Positions 55,880-64,000 of a stretch of DNA of 64,000 nt are shown here, piece by piece. This DNA is from an uncultured Thermoleophilaceae bacterium (lineage in GTDB: Bacteria > Actinomycetota > Thermoleophilia > Solirubrobacterales > Thermoleophilaceae): positions 55,837 through 119,836 of the forward strand of contig CAWKKJ010000024.1 of assembly GCA_963850205.1 (NCBI GenBank). The letters run 5' to 3'. Numbering within the stretch: the first letter of the stretch is position 1; every line of letters starts with the position of its first letter. The notes below the pieces were generated by a model. It was not told the origin of the DNA, ran no database searches, and worked only from the letters and a program-made list of their open reading frames with translations. The translations under genes and the position numbers were made by a program.

Positions 55880-56138
55880 CGCTCGGGACCGAGCCGGGCG
55901 GGGTAAGCAGGGCAACGCCGATACCCGGGTGTAATGGTCGGCGCCGTCTCCTGTCGCGCCGCCATCACCCCAGTCGCTGCGCTGTTGCACTTGCGCCGCC
56001 CGCCCAAGGGTGTGGCTTCCAGAAGTCGCGGATATGGCGACTTTGGGAAGCCACACTCGGGCCGCAACGGCCGGGCCGAGTCCCTCCTTATCCAGCCCCT
56101 TCCCTACCCGCGCATACCGCCACTCGGCGAGGCGGTGG
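55880..56138 (-). repeat. Unannotated repeat, copy B, inverted relative to copy A (hairpin core 56010-56056, conserved 18-mer 55973-55990)
   Basis: The reverse complement aligns with 37301-37515. Core length (47 nt) and core-to-18-mer spacing (19 nt) are identical. The outer stem is a perfect 11 bp here (gtgtggcttcc/ggaagccacac). Confidence 0.8.
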
Positions 56139-56285
56139 CGGATCGGGCGCGGCTGGAGGCCGGGTGGACGAGTCCGATGACCCCGATCCGGCGACGCGCT
56201 GTGCGCGAGGGCTCGGGCTGGCCCGGACCAAAGCGGACGGTATCCCTGCCGTCATCCGCGTGCGCGGGGACGTGGAATCAGTCAT

Positions 56286-56675
56286 CTAGGGACCTGAGTC
56301 GAACAGCAGCGCCGTGACCACCGGCCGCGACTCCGGCGCCGGCTGGTCGTAACCGGAGTAGGGGCGGTTGAGGAGATGCCTGCGGTGCACGAGCGTGGCC
56401 GAGCCGCCGCCGTCGAGGTTGATCGCCTCTTCCGCGCCGAAGGAGATCAGGAGCCGGGCGAGCTCGGCGAGGTCGAGCCCGCCGTCGACGCCGGAGCGCC
56501 GCCCGTCGCAGCACAGCGCCAGCAGCTCGGTCTCGCTGAGGCCCAGCGCGCAGCGGGGGTGGCGGGCGGCCGTGATGTCGGAGTCGAACTGCCCCGAGCC
56601 GGCCGAGAAGCCCTCCCGGTCATCGGCGTCCATCAGCGAGCGCCCGTCCGTCACCAGCAGGGGCCCGGCCTGCAC
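56286..56675 (-). pseudogene. Phosphodiester glycosidase (NAGPA/DUF2233) domain, C-terminal portion only
   Basis: ORF 56286..56675 (-). GPLLVTDG...HPRCALGLSE...CCDGRR...LDLAELARLLISFGAEEAINLDGGGSATLV matches the distal half of the domain. The open frame cannot extend past 56732 and the cupin gene ends at 56747, so the N-terminal half is absent. Confidence 0.5.
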
Positions 56676-56746
56676 CAGGTCGCCGCCCGGCTCGTCGCCA
56701 AGGTCCGCGCGGGCGGCATCCGCACGCCGCCGTCAGTGGCTGAGGC

Positions 56747-57229
56747 TCAGCCGCTCTCGGGACCCGTCTCGCCGAGCCAGTAGTCGACGGCGCTCGAGCG
56801 GGTGGTCATCAGGTTGTCGTCGCGGTTGCCGGTCCAGATGCCGATCTTGTCGCTGTCGGGATAGACCGTCGCGGCCGGGTAGTTCACCGTCGAGAACATG
56901 AGCACGCGAACGGTCTCATCGGTCTCGTTGCGCACGGCGTGAGCGCCGTCGGGTCCCGAGGGAAAGCAGGCGGCGTCCCAGGGCTCGAGCTGCTCGGTGC
57001 CGTCCGGGTGGCGAACCGAGGGGCGTCCCTCCAGGACCAGCAGCCACTCCTCCTCACCGTACTCGTAGTGGTAGGGGGTGATGGCCTGCCCCGGAGGCAG
57101 CTCGTACACGCTCGCTCCGGTCCGGGCCGCTCCCAGCGCCGGGCCGAAGCGCAGCATGCCGACCTTGAAGCCCGGCGGGTCGGTGTCCTCGTACGTGAAG
57201 TCCGGCGAGGCGATGTTGATGCGCTGCAT
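56747..57229 (-). CDS. Cupin-domain protein
   Basis: ORF 56747..57229 (-). Cupin motifs around PYHYEYGEEEWLLVLEG and PDGAHAVRN. Confidence 0.75.
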   Translation of the reverse strand: MQRINIASPDFTYEDTDPPGFKVGMLRFGPALGAARTGASVYELPPGQAITPYHYEYGEEEWLLVLEGRPSVRHPDGTEQLEPWDAACFPSGPDGAHAVRNETDETVRVLMFSTVNYPAATVYPDSDKIGIWTGNRDDNLMTTRSSAVDYWLGETGPESG

Positions 57230-57238
57230 CGGGCGAAT

Positions 57239-58049
57239 CTACCGCTGGGTGGCTCCGAGGATGAGCTGGGAGGTCTCGAGCGGGACGTCGAGCTGGGGAC
57301 AGTGGCCGATGCCCTCCAGCTCGACCCAGTCGGCGTGGGGCAGCCACTCGTGCCGATAGCGGACCGCGGCCGGCGGCCAGGGCAGAAGCCGGTCGGCTGT
57401 GCCCCAGACGATCCGGACGGGGCACGCGATCCGCTGAGCGTCGAGGCTCCAGCGGTCGCGCAGGGCCTGATCGATCAGCGGCTGGGCCGCGCAGCCCGCC
57501 GCGCCCCGCAGCTGGTGGGCGAGGAGCTCGGCGGGGATGTGCTCGAAGTTCGTGGTGAGGTACTGCGTGGCCCGGCGCCGGCCGCGCGGGGGAGGCCATG
57601 ATCGCCTCCGCATGCGGAGCGGCCTCCTTCGCCATGTCGTGCAGCGTCGCCTGGAGGGCGAGGGTTCGCTGGTGGGACTCGTCGCCCTCCGCCCAGCCAC
57701 CGGCCGGGGCGAGCGCCACCACCGTGTCGGCTCGCCCGCGCACCGCGAGCTGCAGCGCGATCCAGCCACCGAGCGAGTTCCCGGCGATGTGCGCGGTCGC
57801 GAAGCCGGCCTCGTCCATGCTCCGCTCGGCGTCGTCGACCAGCAGGGCGCCGCTGAGGCGGTCCGGCTCGACCAGCGGCCCGCCGGCGTGGCCGGCCAGG
57901 GTGGGAGCCAGGACGTCGTGACGGCGCTCCAGGGCGGGCAGGATGAGCTCCCAGGTGCGCCAGGTGTCGGCGAAGCCGTGCAGGCAGACCAGCGGCGGTC
58001 CGGAGCCGCCCCGGTGTGATGCCGTGAAGGTCGCGTCCAGGTCGGTCAC
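57239..58049 (-). pseudogene. Alpha/beta hydrolase with an apparent +1 frameshift (pseudogene or homopolymer error)
   Basis: ORF 57054..58436 (-) gives LVCLHGFADTW...GNSLGG...AEAIMASP and then filler. ORF 57239..57769 (-) supplies RRRATQYLTTNFEHIP...VWGTADRLLP...GIGHCPQLD. The two join cleanly if one C of the C5 run (plus-strand G5, 57588-57592) is removed. 811 nt = 3n+1. GTG start at 58049. Confidence 0.75.
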
Positions 58050-58070
58050 GACGCCATAGGATCGCGCCCC

Positions 58071-58448
58071 ATGAAACCGAGGCTCGATCACATCGGACTG
58101 GACGTGGCGGACTACGAGGTCAGCAAGGCCTTCTACGAGAAGGCCCTGGCGCCGCTGGGCATGAAGCTGATCATGGAGCCGGTGGCCGAGGTGGGCGGCT
58201 TCGGCGACGACTTCCCCTTCTTCTGGATCGGCAGCCGGGGGCGCGGGCCCGACAGCGGCACGCACGTGGCCTTCACGGCCGAGGACCGCGAGACCGTCGA
58301 CGCCTTCCACGCCGCCGCGCTTGCCGCCGGCGCAGCAGACAACGGCGGACCCGGCCGGCGCGAGATCTACCACCCCAACTACTACGGCGCCTTCGTCCTG
58401 GACCCGGACGGCAACAACGTCGAGGCCGTCTGCCACACGCCCGCATGA
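58071..58448 (+). CDS. VOC (glyoxalase) family protein
   Basis: ORF 58071..58448. LDHIGLDVADYEVSKAFYEKAL ... VLDPDGNNVEAV. Confidence 0.85.
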   Translation: MKPRLDHIGLDVADYEVSKAFYEKALAPLGMKLIMEPVAEVGGFGDDFPFFWIGSRGRGPDSGTHVAFTAEDRETVDAFHAAALAAGAADNGGPGRREIYHPNYYGAFVLDPDGNNVEAVCHTPA

Positions 58449-59011
58449 GAAAGCTCGTCGTCACCGAGAACATCACCCTCGACGGCGTGATCGACGCCGG
58501 CGAGGGCTGGTTCGCGCCCAGCGGGGACGAGGATGTCGACGAGTCCGACGTCAACGACGTCCTTCGAGAGCACTCCGCGGCCGCCGACGCCGTGCTCTTC
58601 GGCCGGGTGACCTTCGAGCAGATGCGCGGGTACTGGCCGCTGCAGACCGACGACGAGACGGGCGTGACGGACTACCTCAACCGCGTGTCGAAGTACGTGG
58701 TGTCCGGCACCATGACCGACCCGGAGTGGGAGGGCAGCACGGTGCTGTCCGGCGACCTCGAGAACGAGGTGAGAGAGCTCAAGGACCAGCCCGGCAAGGA
58801 CATCGTCGCCACCGGGAGCATCACGCTGGTGCACGAGCTGATCGCGCTCGGGGTGGTGGACGAGTACCGCCTGTTCGTCTACCCCGTGGTGCTCGGCCGC
58901 GGGGCGAGGCTGTTCGAGGACGCGACCGGCGTCCCGCAGCTCAGGCTGGTCGACAGCCGGGCCTTCCGCTCCGGGGTGGTGCTCACGACCTACCGGACGC
59001 GATCGCCGTGA
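58445..59011 (+). CDS. Dihydrofolate-reductase-like (RibD C-terminal domain) family protein
   Basis: ORF 58445..59011. MRKLVVTENITLDGV..., GRVTFEQM, YRLFVYPVVLGRG. ATGA overlap with the upstream gene. Confidence 0.85.
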   Translation: MRKLVVTENITLDGVIDAGEGWFAPSGDEDVDESDVNDVLREHSAAADAVLFGRVTFEQMRGYWPLQTDDETGVTDYLNRVSKYVVSGTMTDPEWEGSTVLSGDLENEVRELKDQPGKDIVATGSITLVHELIALGVVDEYRLFVYPVVLGRGARLFEDATGVPQLRLVDSRAFRSGVVLTTYRTRSP

Positions 59012-60194
59012 GCACCTCCACCGAGGCGTCCACCGGCGGAAGGGCCAGAATCGCCGCTGCCATCCGCTGCGCGTTCCCCCGGTAGCCGGGCTCCGTCAGG
59101 AGACGGGTTACGGCTCCCCCGAGCTCCCCCAGCGTCTCGGGAGCGGGCAGCCCGAGGACGCTGCGTCCCGGCCCCTCGCCCTCCAGGGAGATGCCGGCCC
59201 CCGCACGAGCCACGGCGGCGCCGTTGAGCCATTGGTCGCTGCTGAAGAGGGGCAGGATCACGAGCGGCACGCCGTGGGCCAGCGCTCCCAGCGTCGATCC
59301 GAAACCGCCGTGGCAGACGATCACGTCCGCCCGCCGGGCCACGTCGTCGTGGGGGACCCAGGTCTCGACGTGCACGTTCTCGGGCAGCTCGCCCAGCTCC
59401 GCGGCCTCGCGGGCGCTGTCGCCGATCGTCATGAGCACCCGCACCGGCAGCGGCGCGAGGGCCTCGATCGCCGAGCGGTACAGCTCCGGGAAAAACGGGA
59501 GATGCTCGCCGGCGGCGACCGAGCCGAAGGTCAGGTACACCAGCGGATCCTCGTTACCGGGCCACCAGTCAGCGAGCTCCGCTCGGTCCTCGGAGACGCC
59601 GAAACGGAAGCGGTGGGTGCTGCCCGGCATCGCGGCGCCGGGAGCCTCCAGCGGCTCGGGAATCGTGGTGAAGCACGGCTCGGCGGCGAGCCGGTCGCCG
59701 GCGGGGTCGGACGGCAGCCCCAGCGTCGCACGGGCCTCGTCCACCGACGGTGCCGCCAGCGCGATCGATTGCTCCTCCATCTCCGCGAGGCCGAGGCCCA
59801 CGCGCACGATCGGGATCCCCTCCTGCTCCGCCACCAGGGTGGAGCCGAACTCCCAGCTCTCGCGCACGATGACGTCGGGGCGCCAGCCGCCGGCGAGCTC
59901 GCGCAGGGCGGGCAATCCGGCGCGGAGGTCGATCCCGGCGAAGAAGCGGCCGATCATCCAACCGTTGGCCGTGGCCATGTCCAGGTCCGCGAACTGCGCC
60001 ATCAGCGGCATCCACTCCTCGCGGGGCGGATCGCCCACCGGTGCGAACGGGAGCCCCGCGCGCTCTACGTTGGCCCCGTGCTGGGCCTGCGCGGCCACGA
60101 GCAGTTCGTGGCCGGCTCGGAGGAAGGCGCGCCCGAACGGGACCAGCGGCCCGAGGTGGCCGCTGCTGCCGCGGGTCGTCAGCAGGATGCGCAC
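58983..60194 (-). CDS. UDP-glycosyltransferase (GT1, macrolide-glycosyltransferase-like)
   Basis: ORF 58983..60194 (-). MRILLTTRGSSGHLGPLVPF... and the donor-binding region VCHGGFGSTLGALAHGVPLVILPLFSDQ. Confidence 0.85.
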   Translation of the reverse strand: MRILLTTRGSSGHLGPLVPFGRAFLRAGHELLVAAQAQHGANVERAGLPFAPVGDPPREEWMPLMAQFADLDMATANGWMIGRFFAGIDLRAGLPALRELAGGWRPDVIVRESWEFGSTLVAEQEGIPIVRVGLGLAEMEEQSIALAAPSVDEARATLGLPSDPAGDRLAAEPCFTTIPEPLEAPGAAMPGSTHRFRFGVSEDRAELADWWPGNEDPLVYLTFGSVAAGEHLPFFPELYRSAIEALAPLPVRVLMTIGDSAREAAELGELPENVHVETWVPHDDVARRADVIVCHGGFGSTLGALAHGVPLVILPLFSSDQWLNGAAVARAGAGISLEGEGPGRSVLGLPAPETLGELGGAVTRLLTEPGYRGNAQRMAAAILALPPVDASVEVLTAIASGRS

Positions 60195-60237
60195 GCGCCC
60201 AGTTCAGCACGTGGTGCCGCCGACTAACCTCGCCACC

Positions 60238-61191
60238 ATGACGGCCCGGACCGACGAGGCAGCGTTCGCCCGGCTCGTCGAGCCACACCGGCGCGAGCTC
60301 TTCGCCCACTGCTACCGCATGCTGGGCTCGCTCCACGACTCCGAGGACGCGCTGCAGGATGCCCTTCTGCGGGCGTGGCGCGGCCTGGACGGCTTCGACG
60401 GGCGCAGCTCGCTGCGAGCCTGGCTCTACCGGATCGCCACGAACACCTCGCTCGACGTGATCGCTCGCCGCAAGAAGGCGCCGGTGCTCCCCGCCGACCA
60501 CGGCCCACCGGCCGAGACCTGGGAGGACCCGCCGGAGGTCGAGTCGGTGCTCTGGCTGCAGCCGCTGCCCGATGACGACTACGAGCGGCGCGAAAGCGTC
60601 GAGCTGGCCTTCGTCGCGGCGCTACAGCACCTGCCGCCGAACCAGCGCGCCGCGCTCATCCTGCGCGACGTGCTGGGCTTCACCGCGCAGGAGGTGGCCG
60701 ATGCAATGGCCACCAGCGAGGCCTCGGTCAAGAGCGCCCTGCAGCGCGCTCGCTCGGCCATGGAGGAGCGGGTGCCAGACCGCACCCAGCAGTCCACCCT
60801 GGGCGCGCTCGGCGACGCTCGCATCCGCGAAATCGTGCAGAGCTACACCGACGCCCTGGAGAGCGGTGACGTGACAGCCGTCGTCGATCTGCTGGCCGAG
60901 GAGGCCACCTGGTCGATGCCCCCGTATGCGGTGTGGTTCGCCGGCCTGGACTCCATCGCGGCGTTCCTGGAGGCCGCCCCGCTGACCAAGCGCTGGCGCC
61001 ACCGGTCGGCGAGCGCCAACGGCCAGCCCGCCGTGGGCTGCTACATCTGGGATCCCGAGCGCAAGACCTTCGCGGCGGAGGTGATCGACGTGCTGACCCT
61101 CCGCGACGACGGCGCGATCGCCGCGGTGACGTCGTTCATCGACCCGCAGCTGTTCCCGCGCTTCGGCCTGCCCGAGCGGGTCGACCCTTAG
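60238..61191 (+). CDS. ECF sigma factor with C-terminal SnoaL/NTF2-like extension (ECF41/ECF56-like)
   Basis: Tail of ORF 59191..61191, from ATG 60238. Region 2 HRRELFAHCYRMLGSLHDSEDALQDALLRAW, region 4 LPPNQRAALILRDVLGFTAQEVADAM, then a ~130 aa NTF2-like tail. Confidence 0.85.
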   Translation: MTARTDEAAFARLVEPHRRELFAHCYRMLGSLHDSEDALQDALLRAWRGLDGFDGRSSLRAWLYRIATNTSLDVIARRKKAPVLPADHGPPAETWEDPPEVESVLWLQPLPDDDYERRESVELAFVAALQHLPPNQRAALILRDVLGFTAQEVADAMATSEASVKSALQRARSAMEERVPDRTQQSTLGALGDARIREIVQSYTDALESGDVTAVVDLLAEEATWSMPPYAVWFAGLDSIAAFLEAAPLTKRWRHRSASANGQPAVGCYIWDPERKTFAAEVIDVLTLRDDGAIAAVTSFIDPQLFPRFGLPERVDP

Positions 61192-61232
61192 CACTCGTAC
61201 AGCGATTCCTTCCGGCGCCCCGGCCGGTCTCA

Positions 61233-62651
61233 ATGTCCATGGAACGACGGAAGAGAACATGGGTTCTTGCTCTGACCTCGATCGCCTCGCTGATGGTGGC
61301 GCTCGACACCCTGGTGGTGTCAACGGCGCTGACCACGATCCGCGAGGACCTGGCCGCGTCGGTCGAGGAGCTGGAGTGGACGGTGAACTCCTACAACCTG
61401 AGCCTAGCGGTGCTCCTGCTCCCCGCCGCGGCGCTCGGCGACCGGTTCGGCCGGCGGCGGCTGTTTGCGGGCGGCCTGGCGCTGTTCTCCGCAGCGTCCG
61501 CCGCGTGCGCGCTGTCGCCGGACGTGGGCTGGCTGATCGCCGCGCGCGCCGTGCAGGGCGTGGGGGCGGCGTTCGTGCTCTCGCTGTCGCTGGCGCTGGT
61601 CAGCGCGGCCTACCCGCCCGAGCGCCGTGGATCGGCCATCGGCATCCTCGAGGGTTTCACGGGGCTGGCCGTGCTGGGCGGCCCCACGCTGGGCGGAGCA
61701 GTGGCGCAGGGCCTCTCGTGGGAATGGGTGTTCTGGCTGAACGTTCCGATCGGGTTGGTGGCGATCTGCCTGGCGCTCGCTCGCATCGAGGAGAGCACCG
61801 CGGCCCGGCGAGCCCCGCTCGACCTGCCGGGTCTGGCGCTCGTGGCGTTGGGGGCGCTGGGACTGGTGTGGGGTCTGGTGCGCGGGAACGCGGCGGGCTG
61901 GGGCAGTGCCGAGGTCGCGGGCGCCCTGGCGCTCGGCCTGGGCCTGATCGTCGCCTTCGTGGCCTGGGAGCGGCGCACCGCGGAGCCGATGCTGCCCATG
62001 CGCTTCTTCCGCCTGCGCGGGTTCGCGGCCGGCAACGCGGCCGTGTTCTGCCTGTTCGCCTCCCTGTTCGCGGGCGTGTTCTTCTTCGCCCAGTTCATGC
62101 AGGTTGGCCTGGGCTACGAGCCGCTCTCCGCCGGGCTGCACCTGCTGCCCTGGACGGCGAGCCTGTTCTTCGTGGCCCCCCTCGCGGGGATGATGGCCGA
62201 CCGGGTGGGCGACCGCCCGCTGCTGGCCGGCGGCCTGGCGCTGCAGGCGGTCGGCCTCACGTGGATCGCGCTGATCGTCGAGCCCGGCATGGGCTACGGC
62301 GAGCTGGTGGTGCCGCTGGTCGTGGCCGGGCTGGGCGCCTCGGCCGCCATCCCTCCGGCCGCGAGCGCGGTGGTCCGTGCCGTGCCCGCGGACTCGGTGG
62401 GGATCGCAGCCGGCGCCAACAGCATGCTTCGCGAGCTGGGAGGCGTTTTCGGCATCGCGCTCGCGGTGGCGGTGTTCGCCGGCGCGGGCGGCTACGCGTC
62501 CGCGGCCGCGTTCACCGACGGCCTCGCCCCCGCGATGGGCGCGGCCGCCGGGCTGGCGCTGGTGGGTGCGGCCGTGGCGCTGGCTTTGCCCGGACGCCGG
62601 ACGGCCACCGCCGGCTGCGCACCCGTCGTGGCCACCGATGAGGCAGGCTGA
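61233..62651 (+). CDS. MFS drug:H+ antiporter (DHA2 family)
   Basis: Tail of ORF 60933..62651, from ATG 61233. LMVALDTLVVSTALTTI, GDRFGRRRLF, 14-TMS-type length. Confidence 0.9.
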   Translation: MSMERRKRTWVLALTSIASLMVALDTLVVSTALTTIREDLAASVEELEWTVNSYNLSLAVLLLPAAALGDRFGRRRLFAGGLALFSAASAACALSPDVGWLIAARAVQGVGAAFVLSLSLALVSAAYPPERRGSAIGILEGFTGLAVLGGPTLGGAVAQGLSWEWVFWLNVPIGLVAICLALARIEESTAARRAPLDLPGLALVALGALGLVWGLVRGNAAGWGSAEVAGALALGLGLIVAFVAWERRTAEPMLPMRFFRLRGFAAGNAAVFCLFASLFAGVFFFAQFMQVGLGYEPLSAGLHLLPWTASLFFVAPLAGMMADRVGDRPLLAGGLALQAVGLTWIALIVEPGMGYGELVVPLVVAGLGASAAIPPAASAVVRAVPADSVGIAAGANSMLRELGGVFGIALAVAVFAGAGGYASAAAFTDGLAPAMGAAAGLALVGAAVALALPGRRTATAGCAPVVATDEAG

Positions 62652-62691
62652 CGCGATGACCGAGTCCACCACCGTCACCCCGGCCTGACGC

Positions 62692-63201
62692 CTACCTCGC
62701 GTCCTCTCGCGCCGCCGCCTCGATCTCGCGCTCGAGCTCCTTGGCGTCGGCGTCCAGCTGCTTTTCGATCAGCTTGTTGGCCCGCCTCAGCGCCTTCTCG
62801 AGCTGCTCCTCGATCTTCGACTCGCCCAGCACGATCACCGCGGCGGTGCCCGCCTCGAGCTCGTCGCCCAGCTCCTTGAGATCCCCGCGCGAGATCCCGC
62901 GCCGGAGGTGCCCGATCAATCCCCCGGCGCCGGCGCCGACGATCGCGCTGCCGATGATCGCGGGCGGGAACAGGATCCCCACCAGGGCTCCGACGCCGGC
63001 GCCCGTCCAGGCGCCGTGCTGGGTCGGCTTCTCGGTCTTGGTCACGTGGACCTTGCCGTCCTCTTCCTTGCGGATCACCGCCGAGTCGAAGGTCCCGATC
63101 GCTCCCGCGGCGTGCAGGTCGAACACGGCCTCGTAGTCGGCCTCGGCATCGGCGATCTCGTCGTACACGGCGGCGTAGAGAAACACGGGTCGATCGGACA
63201 T
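62692..63201 (-). CDS. DUF1269-like membrane protein
   Basis: C-terminal 169 aa of ORF 62692..63711 (-), from ATG 63201. Gly-zipper TM region GAWTGAGVGALVGILFPPAIIGSAIVGAGAGGLIG flanked by soluble domains. Confidence 0.65.
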   Translation of the reverse strand: MSDRPVFLYAAVYDEIADAEADYEAVFDLHAAGAIGTFDSAVIRKEEDGKVHVTKTEKPTQHGAWTGAGVGALVGILFPPAIIGSAIVGAGAGGLIGHLRRGISRGDLKELGDELEAGTAAVIVLGESKIEEQLEKALRRANKLIEKQLDADAKELEREIEAAAREDAR

Positions 63202-63346
63202 CTCGGCCTCCTCGTCGGATTGATCTGTCTCGGCTGAGATCATTGCCGACCGCCGCCTCCTCGATCTCATCCCATCCGGGCGAGGTTGGGGCGACGTGGC
63301 CGGTGCAGGATCTACGTGCCATGAACGAGTCCAACCAGCGAGCTGC

Positions 63347-64000
63347 ATGAGGCGGCGGGTCGCCGCCCTCGTGGCGCTGGTGGCGGCGGCGGCCGCGGTC
63401 GCTCTCGCCGTCGCTGTGGCGGTGAGCGAGTTCCCCCGTGGGCTGGTGCTGCTGGGCTGTGTGGTGGTCGCCGCCGCCTCGGCCTGGCACGGGATTCTGC
63501 GGCGAGGGCCTGCTCGCGCGGCGGGATTGGCCATCGCCGCGCTGGCGCTCGCCGGCGCGCTGGCTCTGCTCCTCACAGGAGGGTCGCTGCTCGCCCAGGT
63601 GCTCGTCATCGCGGGAATCCTGGTGGCCCTGGCGGCGGCGCGCGCCGCCATCAGCCTGCACGTGGTCCTGCCGGATGCGACCGCGCCGGAGCACCCCGTG
63701 CTGTTCTTCAACCCCCGCTCGGGCGGTGGAAAGGCGGAGCGCTTCTCGCTGGCCGACGAGGCCCGAGCGCGGGGGATCGAGCCGATCGAGCTGAAGCCCG
63801 GCGAGGATCTCGAGGTCCTCGTTCGCGGGGCGATCGATCGCGGCGCCGACGGGCTGGCGATGGCCGGCGGGGACGGCTCGCAGGCGATCGTCGCCGCGAT
63901 GGCCGCCGAGCGCGGGCTGCCTTACGCGTGCGTCCCGGCCGGGACGCGCAATCACTTTGCACTGGACCTCGGCGTGGACCGCGACGATGTCGTCGGGGCC
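63347..64000 (+). CDS. Diacylglycerol-kinase-family lipid kinase with N-terminal membrane segment (partial, runs off the window)
   Basis: My own translation from ATG 63347: MRRRVAALVALVAAAAAVALAV...FFNPRSGGGKAE...MAGGDGSQAIV...VPAGTRNHFALDLG. There is no stop before 64000. This ORF is not in the supplied track. Confidence 0.75.
   Translation, partial: MRRRVAALVALVAAAAAVALAVAVAVSEFPRGLVLLGCVVVAAASAWHGILRRGPARAAGLAIAALALAGALALLLTGGSLLAQVLVIAGILVALAAARAAISLHVVLPDATAPEHPVLFFNPRSGGGKAERFSLADEARARGIEPIELKPGEDLEVLVRGAIDRGADGLAMAGGDGSQAIVAAMAAERGLPYACVPAGTRNHFALDLGVDRDDVVGA

Noticed and set aside
37301-56138. Composite transposon or genomic island bounded by the inverted repeats.
   Set aside because: There is no transposase, integrase, tRNA or direct target duplication. 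The enclosed genes are ordinary metabolic and regulatory genes with the host-like GC. It is kept only as a possible inversion or rearrangement substrate.
60195-60237. An ECF41-type promoter (CACGT...CGTC-like) upstream of the SnoaL-type sigma gene.
   Set aside because: Only a CACGTG hexamer is present. I could not place a convincing -10 element at proper spacing, and I do not trust my memory of the consensus enough.

Overview
This is a very GC-rich (roughly 70% or more by eye), densely coding window with strong GC3 bias. It looks like chromosomal DNA of a high-GC Actinomycetota-like bacterium; a Thermoleophilia/Conexibacter-like origin is only a guess. I support about 65 protein-coding genes or gene remnants on both strands. 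I found no rRNA, tRNA, cas genes, transposase, integrase or phage genes. All family calls come from motif recognition in the supplied translations, not from searches.

Main blocks:
- PaaK-like ligase with a crotonase, and a DrrAB-type ABC exporter.
- A sulfate-assimilation operon (sirA-cysH-cysD-cysN) ending in a truncated TauE remnant.
- DAHP synthase, P450 and a secreted protein, translationally coupled.
- Acyl-CoA carboxylase alpha subunit; sucCD; a deoA / phosphosugar mutase / broken nupC nucleoside locus.
- Two toxin-antitoxin modules: VapBC and RES-Xre.
- LigC; a YciI-ECF42 sigma module; a macro-domain protein with glycerate kinase.
- gpgS with a HAD phosphatase; an MrfA-like DUF1998 helicase.
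- A TetR-MFS pair, a second extension-type ECF sigma with an MFS gene, and several secreted proteins and lipoproteins of unknown function.

Most interesting observations:
1. A GSDH-type beta-propeller dehydrogenase whose two halves appear in circularly permuted order behind a signal peptide.
2. Two inverted copies of an unannotated 215-260 bp repeat with a conserved 47-nt hairpin core. They bracket about 18.4 kb, and each copy has a gene remnant on at least one side (both sides for copy A).
3. nupC reduced to N- and C-terminal stubs around an insert made of that repeat plus a ydcZ-like fragment.
4. Four genes with single-base frameshifts, three pinned to G/C homopolymer runs and the fourth only bracketed to a stretch containing one. 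This points to assembly indels as much as to real pseudogenes.
5. A lower-GC operon encoding a secreted protein and a lipoprotein of unknown function.
6. Predicted promoters and operators for the ECF42 and TetR modules.
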